This document shows, piece by piece, positions 1 to 9,675 of a stretch of 26,000 nucleotides of DNA. The DNA comes from a virus. Lineage: Duplodnaviria > Caudoviricetes. Made by a program: the position numbers and the translations under genes. The first letter of the stretch is position 1. Each line of letters begins with the position of its first letter. Where the stretch lies: the IMG/VR virus record IMGVR_UViG_3300032216_000707, positions 1 through 26,000 of that record, one strand, 5' to 3'. The notes below the pieces were generated by a model that worked only from the letters and a program-made list of their open reading frames with translations, did not search any database and was not told where the DNA came from.

Positions 1-3000
1 CCTGTTGGCCAAATGCAGGCAACAGCAATGAAGTCTGCTGGAACAATCGGAAATGATTCTTATACACTTGGAAGATATAACGCAGCAAAATTAGGACTAC
101 ATCCTGCAACAATTCCATATAAGGTTCTATCTGGAATTACTGATGCATTCTTTAATATCATTACTGATCCATTTAACAGTCTTGGCAAAGTATCAAAACT
201 TGCAGGTGGCGGAAAAACTCTTGCTAAAAATGTAAAGGTTGCTCAAAAAGAGGCAGTTCTTTCAGATGCAATGATTGCAAAAGCAAAGAGTACAGCAAAA
301 GATGTTGCAGAAGAAGCAAAGAAAAAAGCAGAAGAATTAAAACTTAAAGAGCGCAATCGCTATGATGATTCTTACTTGGCTGCTGAAAAAGATTATCAAC
401 TTGCTCAACAGGCTAAAGTTACTGCTCAAGAACTTATTGCTAAAAAAGCACTTAAGCCAAAATCAGTTGAGACTACATTTGTTGGTACTGTTGCAGAGAA
501 AGTTCTTTCACCAGCAAATATAGTAAAGCATATTATTGAACACCCTAAAGCAATGACTGGTGAACTTACAGATGCAATTAATACTCTCTCTGCTGATGTA
601 AAAAATCAGGGTGACATATTTGCAAATCAAGTTCACATGGATACCCTTCCAGAGGGTGGCAAGATTTCAATTGGTGCAAATGGAAATAAAGAACTATTTG
701 TAACTAGAAGTGCATCAAAGTTTGATTTAACTGTTAAAGATCTTAATGAAACTTTTACAAATGCAGATCCTAAAATTGTTAAAAATGAAATTTTAAAACG
801 AGCAGATCTTCTTGATGCAGTAAGCAAAATTGCTAAAGAGACCACAACATGGTCTACTCATCTAGCAGCAAAAGATATGTCTACAAAACTTGCTGATCTA
901 ACAAAGTTAATGACTGGACCAATTAACGTTGGTGAAGGTGGATGGACACTTAGTAAATTCATTCAAGAAGTGAATGCCTATAAAGATCCACTATTTACAC
1001 AATTGTTTAGCGAATCTCTTCATAATATTTATTATAATGTAGATGCTTGGTCAAATACTCGTTCTATTTATGGTGGTAAAGGTGGCTATGTCATTACACC
1101 TGGAGGCGAGACTAGAATTGCAACACGACAGGCAAAAATTACTGATGCAATAGCACAATACAGAAAACCAGATCCAAGTACTGTAAATTCTGTTGCTCAA
1201 AAACTTGTAAACTCTGTAGAGCCAATTGATAAAGTAATTAAAGACGCAAAAAATAATTTATATAAAGCAACTAAAGATCGCAAAGATTTAAATTCTCGCT
1301 TAAAAGATATAGATAAACTGCAAAATTATGCCAAACTAGATCCAGAATTAGCACAAAGAATTGTTAATGATCCAAACAATATAGGTCTTAAAGGCATCAT
1401 TGATCTAAATCTTAAGCATGCTGATTCAACCTATACCATGGAATATATCCGTGCTGAAATGGGATTGCTAAAAGAAATGGGATCTTCCCTATCTCTTGAT
1501 GGAGAAAAAGCAATTAGATCCATTCTTGGTAGATATGGTGATCAAGTAGCAGAAATTACTGCTCCAATAAAAGATCCTGTTGCAATTCATAATCTTTATG
1601 GAAAGAAACTAGAAGCAGATATAGTCAATGAACTTGTCAAAGCATCTACTCCTAACGAAGTTAAGCAAGTATTTTTGCGATATCTTGCCAACAATTTAGA
1701 CATTGAAGTTGCTCAAAGTATGGCATTAAAGGCTGGAGCATTTGCTGCAGCACCTACAACAGTAAGCAAACTTGTTGCTCCTGTAAGTCTTAAGGCTATT
1801 GATAGCCTAGCAAGACTTGAAAAAGCATTCAATCTGTACTATGTTCGTGCTGGAATCTATAATCTTGATGATACCACAGCACTTGTCAATGGTTGGGAAA
1901 ACTGGGTTACATCAATTTCCAAACTTAAGAGTTCAACTGTCATCGGAAAAATGAAGCAAAATGACTTGATTCATGAGGTTCAAACCAAGTTATTTGCATC
2001 AATGACAAAAGCAGAACGATCTCAAATCATTGAAGATGGAACTGTTAAACTTACTATTATGGTGGCAGATGCACTTGGCATTAAAGATAAAGAAGTTTTT
2101 GATCAACTTAAGCAAGTTCTTAAGATAAGCGGAAAAGATAAAATTGGTCAAGCACAGTATTCCGTAAATGAGATTGCCCTTAATAAGGGTGTTGGTTTTA
2201 TTACTCAAAATGGTAGGGAAATTAAAACCGAAAAGGCTTTAATGGCTTGGCAACTACTTGATGATACAATTAAACTTCCAGACACACGTCAAGTTGAGAA
2301 GTTTTTAATTAACTATAAAGCAAATAAATCACTTATTGGAAAAGCAAAGTCTCTAGAAATCCTTGCTCAGGAAGCAGGAGATTACTGGCGTACAGCACAG
2401 TTGGCTTTCCGTGTATCATTTATTCTTCGCAACGTTGGAGAAATGCAGGTTCGTCAATACCTTGGTGGACATACAAGCATTCTCAGCAATCCATTCCAGT
2501 TCCTTTCAATGGTAATTGCCAATCCAGAAGGATCGGAAATTGGAAAGCAATTTGCAAAGGTTGCTCGCTACCAGTATGATGCCTATGGTAATCCTATTAA
2601 GGCTCTTAGCAAGACTCTTGAAAATCCAAAAGTAAAGCAAACTGAAGTTGCTGCACTACAAGAATATCAAAAGTGGGCACATCGCAGTCTTTCTGCAGGA
2701 GACTACAGACAAGGACCTAGACAGAACATTGTTAAGAATTATTCTGTAACTCGTCCTGGAGATTCTGATTACTACAAGGGTCTATCATTTACTCTTGGAA
2801 GAGCAGCAACAGATCAACTATCTAGAGATGTTGCAAAACTTATATTTAATAATGTTGATGAAGCGGAAAAGTCTAAGTATCTGGATAACCTTATTAGTAC
2901 ATTTAAAGATACTAAGATTCCAAACCCTTTAAGAGATATTGCTACTGGAGTATATCGTCAAAATAATGATTTGATGAATCTTATCTTTAAGAATCCAAAA

Positions 3001-5319
3001 CTTGAGGGTGATAAACTCTACGATCCACTTAATCTTAATAGACAAGATATTTATGATTATTTCTTTAATGATAAAAAGCCATTCTCTATTGCAAGCGAAT
3101 TGCAACTATACGCAGGAACTGGTCCTAAGTCAAACATAATTAAAGATATCCTACAAAAAGGATACTCAATTGTTGCTGACTCAAAAGGAAAAGAAACACG
3201 TATTGCTGCTCCAGTTGTGCAAAGAGTTGAATCACCTTTGCAACTAGAGAAAATGGATCAAGAGTTTTCAGCGTTGCTTTCTCGTCACTTAAAGCCAGAA
3301 GATATTAAAGGTTCTCAAGTTCTTGTTCCACATAAGAGCATTGAGGGTGGTGCTATCACAAGCACATTCCGTAAATATATGGATTCATTCTTCCAATTTT
3401 CTACAAAAATGGAAAATGTATTTAACTTTGCACCTGAATATCAACAAACATACTGGTCTTACTGGGCTCGTTATTCACGCTTACTGAGCAATAAAGACTT
3501 TGAGATTTTACGTAAGAATGCTATCAAGGCACTTGCTGGTCCGGCTATTCGATCAGAAAAAACTATTGATGGAGTTACTGCAAATATCATTCGTCCAATT
3601 GGACGTAAGCACCCTATACTTAAGCAACTTGATGCAGAGTATAAAGAGCGCATTAAACCAGGATATGAAGATTATGCAGGAGCATCATTTAATGCTGTAA
3701 ATAATCTTGCATCTGCACAGGCTGGAAAGCGTCTAGCAACAATGTTCTATGATGCTCACAACCAACGTCAGATTGCTAACTCTTGGCGTCTTGTATTTCC
3801 ATTTGCTCAAGCACAGTTTAATACACTAGCAGCATGGGGTAAGTTAGCAGTAGAAAATCCAACAAGAGTATACCGATTTGAAAAAGCCTACAATGCTCTA
3901 TTGCAACCTGGCTCATCAACTCCTTATGACTTATTTGGAATGCCACATGACTCCAATCAAGGATTCTTTTATAGCAATCCAGGAGATTCCCAACACAAAC
4001 CTAGATTCATGTACCCAGGTTCTGGAAACATAATCGGTGCTCTTGCTAGTGGTTCTATCTCTGGTGCTAGTTCAGTTAATATATCATCTCCATTATCATC
4101 ACTTAACGTAGCAACTGGTCAAGTTAATCCTCTTGTGCCAGGAATTGGACCAGCAATCAGTGCTCCATATGTTGTTACTGGAATGAGTGGATTCTTTGGA
4201 AAGCAACATCAATTTTTAAAGAGTATTATTCAACCTTTTGGTAATCCATCAAATCCATATCAGATGATTATACCTGCATGGCTCAATAAAGGATTTCTCT
4301 ATTTCATGAATGATCAAGCAACTGTGCAAACAAATGCAAAAGATTGGGCATCTTACCTAGCATCTACTGGTCAATATGGAACAAATCCACTTGTTAATAT
4401 TACTTCACGTAATGCCCTGTTTCAAGATGCAGAAGATCTTGCACGAGGTGCTGGATTTTGGACAGCAGTATTTCAGAACATACTTCCATCAACACCATCA
4501 GCAGACGTACTTGCTAGTTTTAAAACACCAGAAGGAAAAGTTGCTTTTATGCAGCAAGCAATGCTTCAAAATGACTACCAAGGAATCTTGAAGATGTATC
4601 CCGGTGATAGCATGAAAGCACGCCAAGAATTTGCAAATACTTATGGTATTGAAAATATTTTGATTACAATGAGTGGAACAACTCGTGGAGCAACACGTGG
4701 TAGTGCTGCTGCATGGAACTTCTTAAATGATAATCCAAAGATTGCCCCTGACTATTCTACTGGTGGACCAGATGTTATACCATACTTTTTCCCAGGTGCT
4801 GACTATTCAAGTGCATACTATAACTGGCAGACTCAGACTGGCGTTCGTAAAAAACTAACAGTAGAAGAACTAAAGAAGGAATCTGCATCACTGGTTTATA
4901 AGATGCGTAAGTCTAAGATTGTTGAAGATCAGATTAGCAATAACCTTCCTCGCGACTGGTATGTTGCACAAATACAACAACTTAACAAAGAGTTTGGTGG
5001 AGCAACTCCTCCAGAAACTTTAACAACTGGAAATTCTCAAGAAGCATTGGCTAGAGTTGGTCGTGCTCTCAATACTACAGAATTCCAAAGTTCACCTGTT
5101 TATAATCAGACAAAAGAGTTCTACGATAAGTATATGAACTATCAAAATGCTATTAACACTCAACGTGTTTCTATAACTGGAAGTTTAAAAACAAAGGACT
5201 GGCAAACACAGGTAATGCGTCAGAACCTTCTTGATCTAGCAGATAAACTTATTCAAGAAAATCCTTTGTTTCAGCAAATGTATTATGGTGTGTTCTACTC
5301 TAACTTGAAGGTGAAATAA
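1..5319 (+). CDS. Very large virion protein, probable internal virion/DNA-ejection protein (5'-truncated)
   Basis: Frame is open from base 1, so the true start is probably upstream of the window. At least 1768 aa with helical/coiled-coil character and no catalytic motif that I recognise. It precedes two other large ORFs and the scaffold/capsid genes; function is inferred from size and context. Confidence 0.6.
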   Translation, partial: PVGQMQATAMKSAGTIGNDSYTLGRYNAAKLGLHPATIPYKVLSGITDAFFNIITDPFNSLGKVSKLAGGGKTLAKNVKVAQKEAVLSDAMIAKAKSTAKDVAEEAKKKAEELKLKERNRYDDSYLAAEKDYQLAQQAKVTAQELIAKKALKPKSVETTFVGTVAEKVLSPANIVKHIIEHPKAMTGELTDAINTLSADVKNQGDIFANQVHMDTLPEGGKISIGANGNKELFVTRSASKFDLTVKDLNETFTNADPKIVKNEILKRADLLDAVSKIAKETTTWSTHLAAKDMSTKLADLTKLMTGPINVGEGGWTLSKFIQEVNAYKDPLFTQLFSESLHNIYYNVDAWSNTRSIYGGKGGYVITPGGETRIATRQAKITDAIAQYRKPDPSTVNSVAQKLVNSVEPIDKVIKDAKNNLYKATKDRKDLNSRLKDIDKLQNYAKLDPELAQRIVNDPNNIGLKGIIDLNLKHADSTYTMEYIRAEMGLLKEMGSSLSLDGEKAIRSILGRYGDQVAEITAPIKDPVAIHNLYGKKLEADIVNELVKASTPNEVKQVFLRYLANNLDIEVAQSMALKAGAFAAAPTTVSKLVAPVSLKAIDSLARLEKAFNLYYVRAGIYNLDDTTALVNGWENWVTSISKLKSSTVIGKMKQNDLIHEVQTKLFASMTKAERSQIIEDGTVKLTIMVADALGIKDKEVFDQLKQVLKISGKDKIGQAQYSVNEIALNKGVGFITQNGREIKTEKALMAWQLLDDTIKLPDTRQVEKFLINYKANKSLIGKAKSLEILAQEAGDYWRTAQLAFRVSFILRNVGEMQVRQYLGGHTSILSNPFQFLSMVIANPEGSEIGKQFAKVARYQYDAYGNPIKALSKTLENPKVKQTEVAALQEYQKWAHRSLSAGDYRQGPRQNIVKNYSVTRPGDSDYYKGLSFTLGRAATDQLSRDVAKLIFNNVDEAEKSKYLDNLISTFKDTKIPNPLRDIATGVYRQNNDLMNLIFKNPKLEGDKLYDPLNLNRQDIYDYFFNDKKPFSIASELQLYAGTGPKSNIIKDILQKGYSIVADSKGKETRIAAPVVQRVESPLQLEKMDQEFSALLSRHLKPEDIKGSQVLVPHKSIEGGAITSTFRKYMDSFFQFSTKMENVFNFAPEYQQTYWSYWARYSRLLSNKDFEILRKNAIKALAGPAIRSEKTIDGVTANIIRPIGRKHPILKQLDAEYKERIKPGYEDYAGASFNAVNNLASAQAGKRLATMFYDAHNQRQIANSWRLVFPFAQAQFNTLAAWGKLAVENPTRVYRFEKAYNALLQPGSSTPYDLFGMPHDSNQGFFYSNPGDSQHKPRFMYPGSGNIIGALASGSISGASSVNISSPLSSLNVATGQVNPLVPGIGPAISAPYVVTGMSGFFGKQHQFLKSIIQPFGNPSNPYQMIIPAWLNKGFLYFMNDQATVQTNAKDWASYLASTGQYGTNPLVNITSRNALFQDAEDLARGAGFWTAVFQNILPSTPSADVLASFKTPEGKVAFMQQAMLQNDYQGILKMYPGDSMKARQEFANTYGIENILITMSGTTRGATRGSAAAWNFLNDNPKIAPDYSTGGPDVIPYFFPGADYSSAYYNWQTQTGVRKKLTVEELKKESASLVYKMRKSKIVEDQISNNLPRDWYVAQIQQLNKEFGGATPPETLTTGNSQEALARVGRALNTTEFQSSPVYNQTKEFYDKYMNYQNAINTQRVSITGSLKTKDWQTQVMRQNLLDLADKLIQENPLFQQMYYGVFYSNLKVK

Positions 5320-6536
5320 TGGCAGCGTTTACAGATAGTGGTTATTGGAGCGGTGTAGTAAGTGCTGCAGATACTAACTCTCAAGCATACAATCAGTATC
5401 TATTTGCAACTGGTCAAGGATTAGATACAGATCGCTTTAGACAGTATATTTATTTACCACTTGTAAAAACAGGGCAATGGAGTCACTATCTTCAATTGCT
5501 ACGCTCCAAGGGTTGGTCAACATCTAAGGATTCATCTGGAAATCCAACACCAGAAGATGTAACAGCAGTTAAAGAACTAGTTCAAAGAGCAACAATTTCT
5601 GACACTCAAAGTTGGTTAAGTGTTCTTGAAAATGCTGCACCACCAAGTAAAAAATCAAGCGCAGTAGATACAACACCTACATACAATAAAACAATATCTA
5701 GTGCAATGAAATTTATAGATGCAACAGATGCTCAGCAAACACTAGGCAATGCATGGTTTGCTGCATTTGGCGGATATCCTGGGCAAGATCAAGTTAATCA
5801 ATTTATGAGTGCATTTAATACTGAAATGAAGAATCAGGAAAAGAATACATCTACAACTACTGATTATGTAACAACAAAAGTTCCAGTATTAGACAAAAAT
5901 GGCAAGCAGACAATTAACAAAATTACTGGACTTCCTGTATACAAAGATGTTACTACAACAACATCTGTTACAAAGGGTGAAGGCTTTACAACACAGGAAC
6001 AACAACAATTTCTTGCAGACTATATCTCTAAGAATTTTAACGTTAAAAACAGTTCTGAACTTGCTGGAAACTCAAAGTCAATATATGATTCTCTAGTCGG
6101 AGCATACAGCAATAACTATCTTGACACTCCAGATTTCGTAAATCTTGCGGGAACCATTAAGAACATACTGGATAATCCAGACGCTACTGCACAAAAAGCA
6201 ACACTAGATGATTATATCACAAAGAACATTCGTGCTGTTGCTGCAAAGAAATATGCCGGAATTGCCAATGAACTTCTTGCTGGTGGAGATACCAGTACGT
6301 TTACACAACCTCTATCGAAGACAGCAAGCAAACTTCTTGAAACACAGATAGATGCTACAGATCCATTAATTATTCAGGCATTAAATATGTCAGATGGTAA
6401 GGGTGGATTTAGAGTTGCCAATGATAATGAATTTACAAATCTTATGAAAAATGATAAACGCTACAGCGTTACATCAACTGCAAAACATGATGCAATTAGT
6501 ATGGCAGATGCAATTACACAAAGGTTAGGACGATAA
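5319..6536 (+). CDS. Hypothetical protein, putative internal virion protein (405 aa)
   Basis: TAATG overlap with the upstream gene, AAGGTG SD-like sequence, structural-module context. Confidence 0.55.
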   Translation: MAAFTDSGYWSGVVSAADTNSQAYNQYLFATGQGLDTDRFRQYIYLPLVKTGQWSHYLQLLRSKGWSTSKDSSGNPTPEDVTAVKELVQRATISDTQSWLSVLENAAPPSKKSSAVDTTPTYNKTISSAMKFIDATDAQQTLGNAWFAAFGGYPGQDQVNQFMSAFNTEMKNQEKNTSTTTDYVTTKVPVLDKNGKQTINKITGLPVYKDVTTTTSVTKGEGFTTQEQQQFLADYISKNFNVKNSSELAGNSKSIYDSLVGAYSNNYLDTPDFVNLAGTIKNILDNPDATAQKATLDDYITKNIRAVAAKKYAGIANELLAGGDTSTFTQPLSKTASKLLETQIDATDPLIIQALNMSDGKGGFRVANDNEFTNLMKNDKRYSVTSTAKHDAISMADAITQRLGR

Positions 6537-7996
6537 TGGCAACATCATATCGCGCTGGTGAAAGAGATACAACAGTACCTAACGTTCCAATAGTTTCTAA
6601 AGTACCTAACGTTCCAGCAGCACCCGCTAACCCTCTTCTTGAGTATATGCAAACTCTCACAAAGACAGCAGATGCTATTAAGGCTACACTTGCTCCAGTT
6701 GCACCTACAGTTACAACTCCTCCAGTTGTTGATGAATACGGAAGAACTGTAGTAACAAAAACAGATACTGCTACTGGAAAAGTAACCAAAGAAATAACAT
6801 CTGCAGGTGGATCATCTACTGTTATAAAAAATGATACCAATGCAACAAATCAAAATCAATTAGCAGCATATGAGGCTTTACATCCAGCACCAGAAGGTTT
6901 TCACTATGGTGAAAAACCAAATCCCGATGGAACATTTGTACTTTTTTATAATTTTGATAATCCTGACAATCCAAGTACTAAGGCACTTAAGAACGCGATT
7001 CAACCAGTAGATAATCCAATAAAAAAGCCAACAACACCAGCATTAAATACTACAACTGTTGCTGGGCCATCAACTGATATTGATGTTTTAAAATCTCTTT
7101 TGCTTGGAAGAGGATACCCTTCCTCTCTTGTTGATGAATCAGTTCCTTATCTTTCATCTCTGCTTAAAGATGGACTTGCTCCATCAGATGCTGTAGAGAT
7201 TTATCTCAATGCAAAAAACTATACAACAAAATCTGGAAATCAACTAACCTCTCCTTTCTATAATACATACGGCAAGTTTAATGAAGGACTAAAAACTCCT
7301 TATGATGCTGGAACATTATTCCAAACAGTTGAAGGTTACAAAAATATTCAAGGTAAGTATCATCTAAATTCTAACTTTTTTACAGATAATAGTATCAAAC
7401 AGTATCTATCAAATAATATCGATGTGAAGACACTAGATGAGCGTGCCAATGCTGCACGACTTAAGGCTGTAACTGCAGATCCAGTCTATGTCAGTGCTCT
7501 ACAAAAACTTGGTTATATTAACAATGCTCAAGATTTAACGGACTTTTACTTAGATCCAACAATTGGAACTGAGGCACTTACTCAAAAGCGTAACACTGCA
7601 GCATTTGCTACAGAAGCATTGCGTCAAGCAAATCTACAAAATGGTGTTCAGTTTAGAGAACAATTTGTTAATCAAATGGGTGCTGAACTTACCAATAAGG
7701 GTTACTCTGAGAATCAAATTGCTAATCTTGCACAATCAGGTTATCAGAATATTGCAGCACAACTTGGTACTACAACTAAGTTATCTGGAATATATCAAGG
7801 ACCTAATGCTGGAACAAGTGATCAGATTCAACAAGAACTTCAAGCACAAGAATTCCAAGGACTTGACTCTCAACGTAGAGCACTTCTTAACCAACAAGAA
7901 ATTCAAGGCTTCCAAGGTTCTGCTGGACTCAGTGGAACATCTGCATACCTACGTAAGACTTCTCTCCAGAAGCCTGGCGTAATTGGAATGCTATAA
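6536..7996 (+). CDS. Hypothetical protein, putative internal virion protein (486 aa; Pro/Thr-rich N-terminus, Gln-rich helical C-terminus)
   Basis: TAATG overlap, AGGA SD, lies directly before the scaffold gene. Confidence 0.55.
   Translation: MATSYRAGERDTTVPNVPIVSKVPNVPAAPANPLLEYMQTLTKTADAIKATLAPVAPTVTTPPVVDEYGRTVVTKTDTATGKVTKEITSAGGSSTVIKNDTNATNQNQLAAYEALHPAPEGFHYGEKPNPDGTFVLFYNFDNPDNPSTKALKNAIQPVDNPIKKPTTPALNTTTVAGPSTDIDVLKSLLLGRGYPSSLVDESVPYLSSLLKDGLAPSDAVEIYLNAKNYTTKSGNQLTSPFYNTYGKFNEGLKTPYDAGTLFQTVEGYKNIQGKYHLNSNFFTDNSIKQYLSNNIDVKTLDERANAARLKAVTADPVYVSALQKLGYINNAQDLTDFYLDPTIGTEALTQKRNTAAFATEALRQANLQNGVQFREQFVNQMGAELTNKGYSENQIANLAQSGYQNIAAQLGTTTKLSGIYQGPNAGTSDQIQQELQAQEFQGLDSQRRALLNQQEIQGFQGSAGLSGTSAYLRKTSLQKPGVIGML
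6574..6616 (+). repeat. In-frame 16-bp direct repeat AGTACCTAACGTTCCA x2 (encodes VPNVP twice)
   Basis: Copies at 6574-6589 and 6601-6616, 27-bp period. Confidence 0.85.
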
Positions 7997-8008
7997 CAAA
8001 CTAAAATC

Positions 8009-8130
8009 CCTACATGGATCCATCGGCCCCATGAGGCGTACAAGACCGAGAGTACAAGCCAATACAGATACCCCGTCTGGATTGAGGTGTGCGACAACTA
8101 CTAACAAGGGAGAAAGTTGCTATGAGCAAC
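8009..8130 (+). promoter_or_regulatory. Candidate structured cis-regulatory RNA leader of the scaffold gene
   Basis: Stem CCU-A-CAUGG/CCAUG-AGG (8009-8036); loop UCGG complementary to CCGA (8046-8049); long hairpin 8052-8092; GUUGCU-AUG-AGCAAC hairpin enclosing the start codon. Confidence 0.6.
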
Positions 8131-8601
8131 AACCGCGACAACTACTGGGATGACGAAGAAGATGATGTAGAGGATGTTCAATCATTCGATACTGACACAG
8201 ATCTCGTTAAGAAACTACGTAAGGCTCTCAAAGCAGAGCAACGTAAAAACAAAGAGTTTGAAACACAACTCAGTGAACTTACAAAATCCCAAAAAGAGCG
8301 GATTCTAAAGGATGTGCTTACATCCCGTGGAGTCAAACCATCAATTGCAAAGTATGTTCCAAATGACCTTGAAGCCTCACCAGAGGCTATCAATGCTTGG
8401 CTAGATGCTAACGCCGAAGATTTTAATATCGAGGCAAATACATCAAAGCCAGCAATTCCCGAGGAAGATCTTTCTAATATGAAAAAGATGGATAAGGTGA
8501 CAACGGGTGCAGAGCCTTCCGCAGCCTCTACTACTGCAGAGCAACTTATTGCTAATGCAACATCAGAAGAGGAAATTCTATCCATTCTAAGCGGTCTCTA
8601 A
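8122..8601 (+). CDS. Capsid scaffolding protein (159 aa)
   Basis: AAGGGAG SD before ATG 8122. Acidic N-terminus (DDEEDDVED), coiled coil (KKLRKALKAEQRKNKEFETQLSEL), short C-terminal helix; immediately upstream of the capsid gene. Confidence 0.75.
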   Translation: MSNNRDNYWDDEEDDVEDVQSFDTDTDLVKKLRKALKAEQRKNKEFETQLSELTKSQKERILKDVLTSRGVKPSIAKYVPNDLEASPEAINAWLDANAEDFNIEANTSKPAIPEEDLSNMKKMDKVTTGAEPSAASTTAEQLIANATSEEEILSILSGL

Positions 8602-8634
8602 ACCGCACACTAACCAGAAGGGAGACTAAGCCAA

Positions 8635-9609
8635 ATGGCAGACGTCTTTTCAACTACAACCTCTGGTGTTGGTTCCAATCTCGTAACAATGGCGTACGAC
8701 AAGTTGGTAGAACTCAACTTGCGTACAACCCCACAGTTCCGTGCTATTGCTGACAAAAAAGTTGGCAACCCAACCCACGATGGTTCATCAATCCGCTTCC
8801 AATTCTTCAATGATATTGCGGATACCTCAGTTGCTGGAGCAACGCTTTCAGAAACAACAGATCCAGATGCTGTAGCAATTCCTGCTACAACAACACTCGA
8901 TGTGTCTCAAACTGAACTCGGACGCGTTGTTCTTCCAACACGTAAACTCTCACTTATGTCTTTGACAGACGTTGATCCATGGATTGCTAACGCAGTCGCG
9001 TTCAACATGTCTTTGACACTTGACAACGCTGTGGCTGCTATCCTAGATGCAGGTACAAACGTTATCCGTGAATCTGCTGGTTCACTTTCAACATCTGCTG
9101 CTAAGACAACTATCACAACAACAGACTTGCTTAAGTCTCGTGATATTCGTTACGCAGTAACAAAGATGCGCGCTAGCAACGTTGTTCCAAAGGCTGGAAA
9201 CACATTCGTTGCATATGTTCACCCTGAAGTATCTGCGGACCTCCGCACAGAAACAGGAAACAACGTATGGCGTACACCAACAGATTACGTGGATCCAACA
9301 CGTAACTTTGCTGGTGAAATCGGTACATGGGAAGGTGTTCGTTTTATCGAGACACCAAACATGACAAATACACAATCAGGTTCTGGTACAGGTGGTACTC
9401 AGACTCGTGTATTTAACTCTTATGTCCTTGGCTCACAGGCTCTTGCAGAGGCTGTCTGGAAGGAACCACGTATTGAGTTCGGTAACGTTGTAGACAAGTT
9501 GAACCGCTTCCGTCCTGTCGGATGGCACGGAATCATCAACTGGGCTATTTATCGTCAGGCTGCTCTATACCGCATTGAGACTTCCTCTTCTGGTCGTTCT
9601 CAGGCTTAA
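8635..9609 (+). CDS. Major capsid protein (HK97 fold, N4-gp56-like family)
   Basis: 324 aa with AAGGGAG SD. Motifs YVHPEVSADLR, GEIGTWEGVRFIET and D-K-L-N-R-F-R-P-V-G-W are typical of this capsid family. Confidence 0.9.
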   Translation: MADVFSTTTSGVGSNLVTMAYDKLVELNLRTTPQFRAIADKKVGNPTHDGSSIRFQFFNDIADTSVAGATLSETTDPDAVAIPATTTLDVSQTELGRVVLPTRKLSLMSLTDVDPWIANAVAFNMSLTLDNAVAAILDAGTNVIRESAGSLSTSAAKTTITTTDLLKSRDIRYAVTKMRASNVVPKAGNTFVAYVHPEVSADLRTETGNNVWRTPTDYVDPTRNFAGEIGTWEGVRFIETPNMTNTQSGSGTGGTQTRVFNSYVLGSQALAEAVWKEPRIEFGNVVDKLNRFRPVGWHGIINWAIYRQAALYRIETSSSGRSQA

Positions 9610-9667
9610 TTAAGTAGTTAGACGGGTGGGGCTGGGGAAACCCAGCCCTATCAGTAAAACCGCTTAG
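9610..9667 (+). promoter_or_regulatory. Long RNA hairpin with GAAA tetraloop and AGACG/AGUAA internal loop, abutting the next SD
   Basis: 12-bp inner stem 9625-9636/9641-9652 and outer stem 9610-9619/9658-9667; no U-tract follows. Confidence 0.65.
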
Positions 9668-9675
9668 GAGGCGAT

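Noticed and set aside
8009-8093. Pistol ribozyme (similar P1/pseudoknot/P2/P3 order ending in GU-GUGC)
   Set aside because: The A-rich linker after P1 and the GCG after the pseudoknot are missing, and the pseudoknot is only 4 bp. Kept as an unassigned structured RNA.
9625-9652. Canonical Rho-independent terminator after the capsid gene
   Set aside because: No U-tract follows the stem, and the stem is part of a longer structure reaching the next SD.
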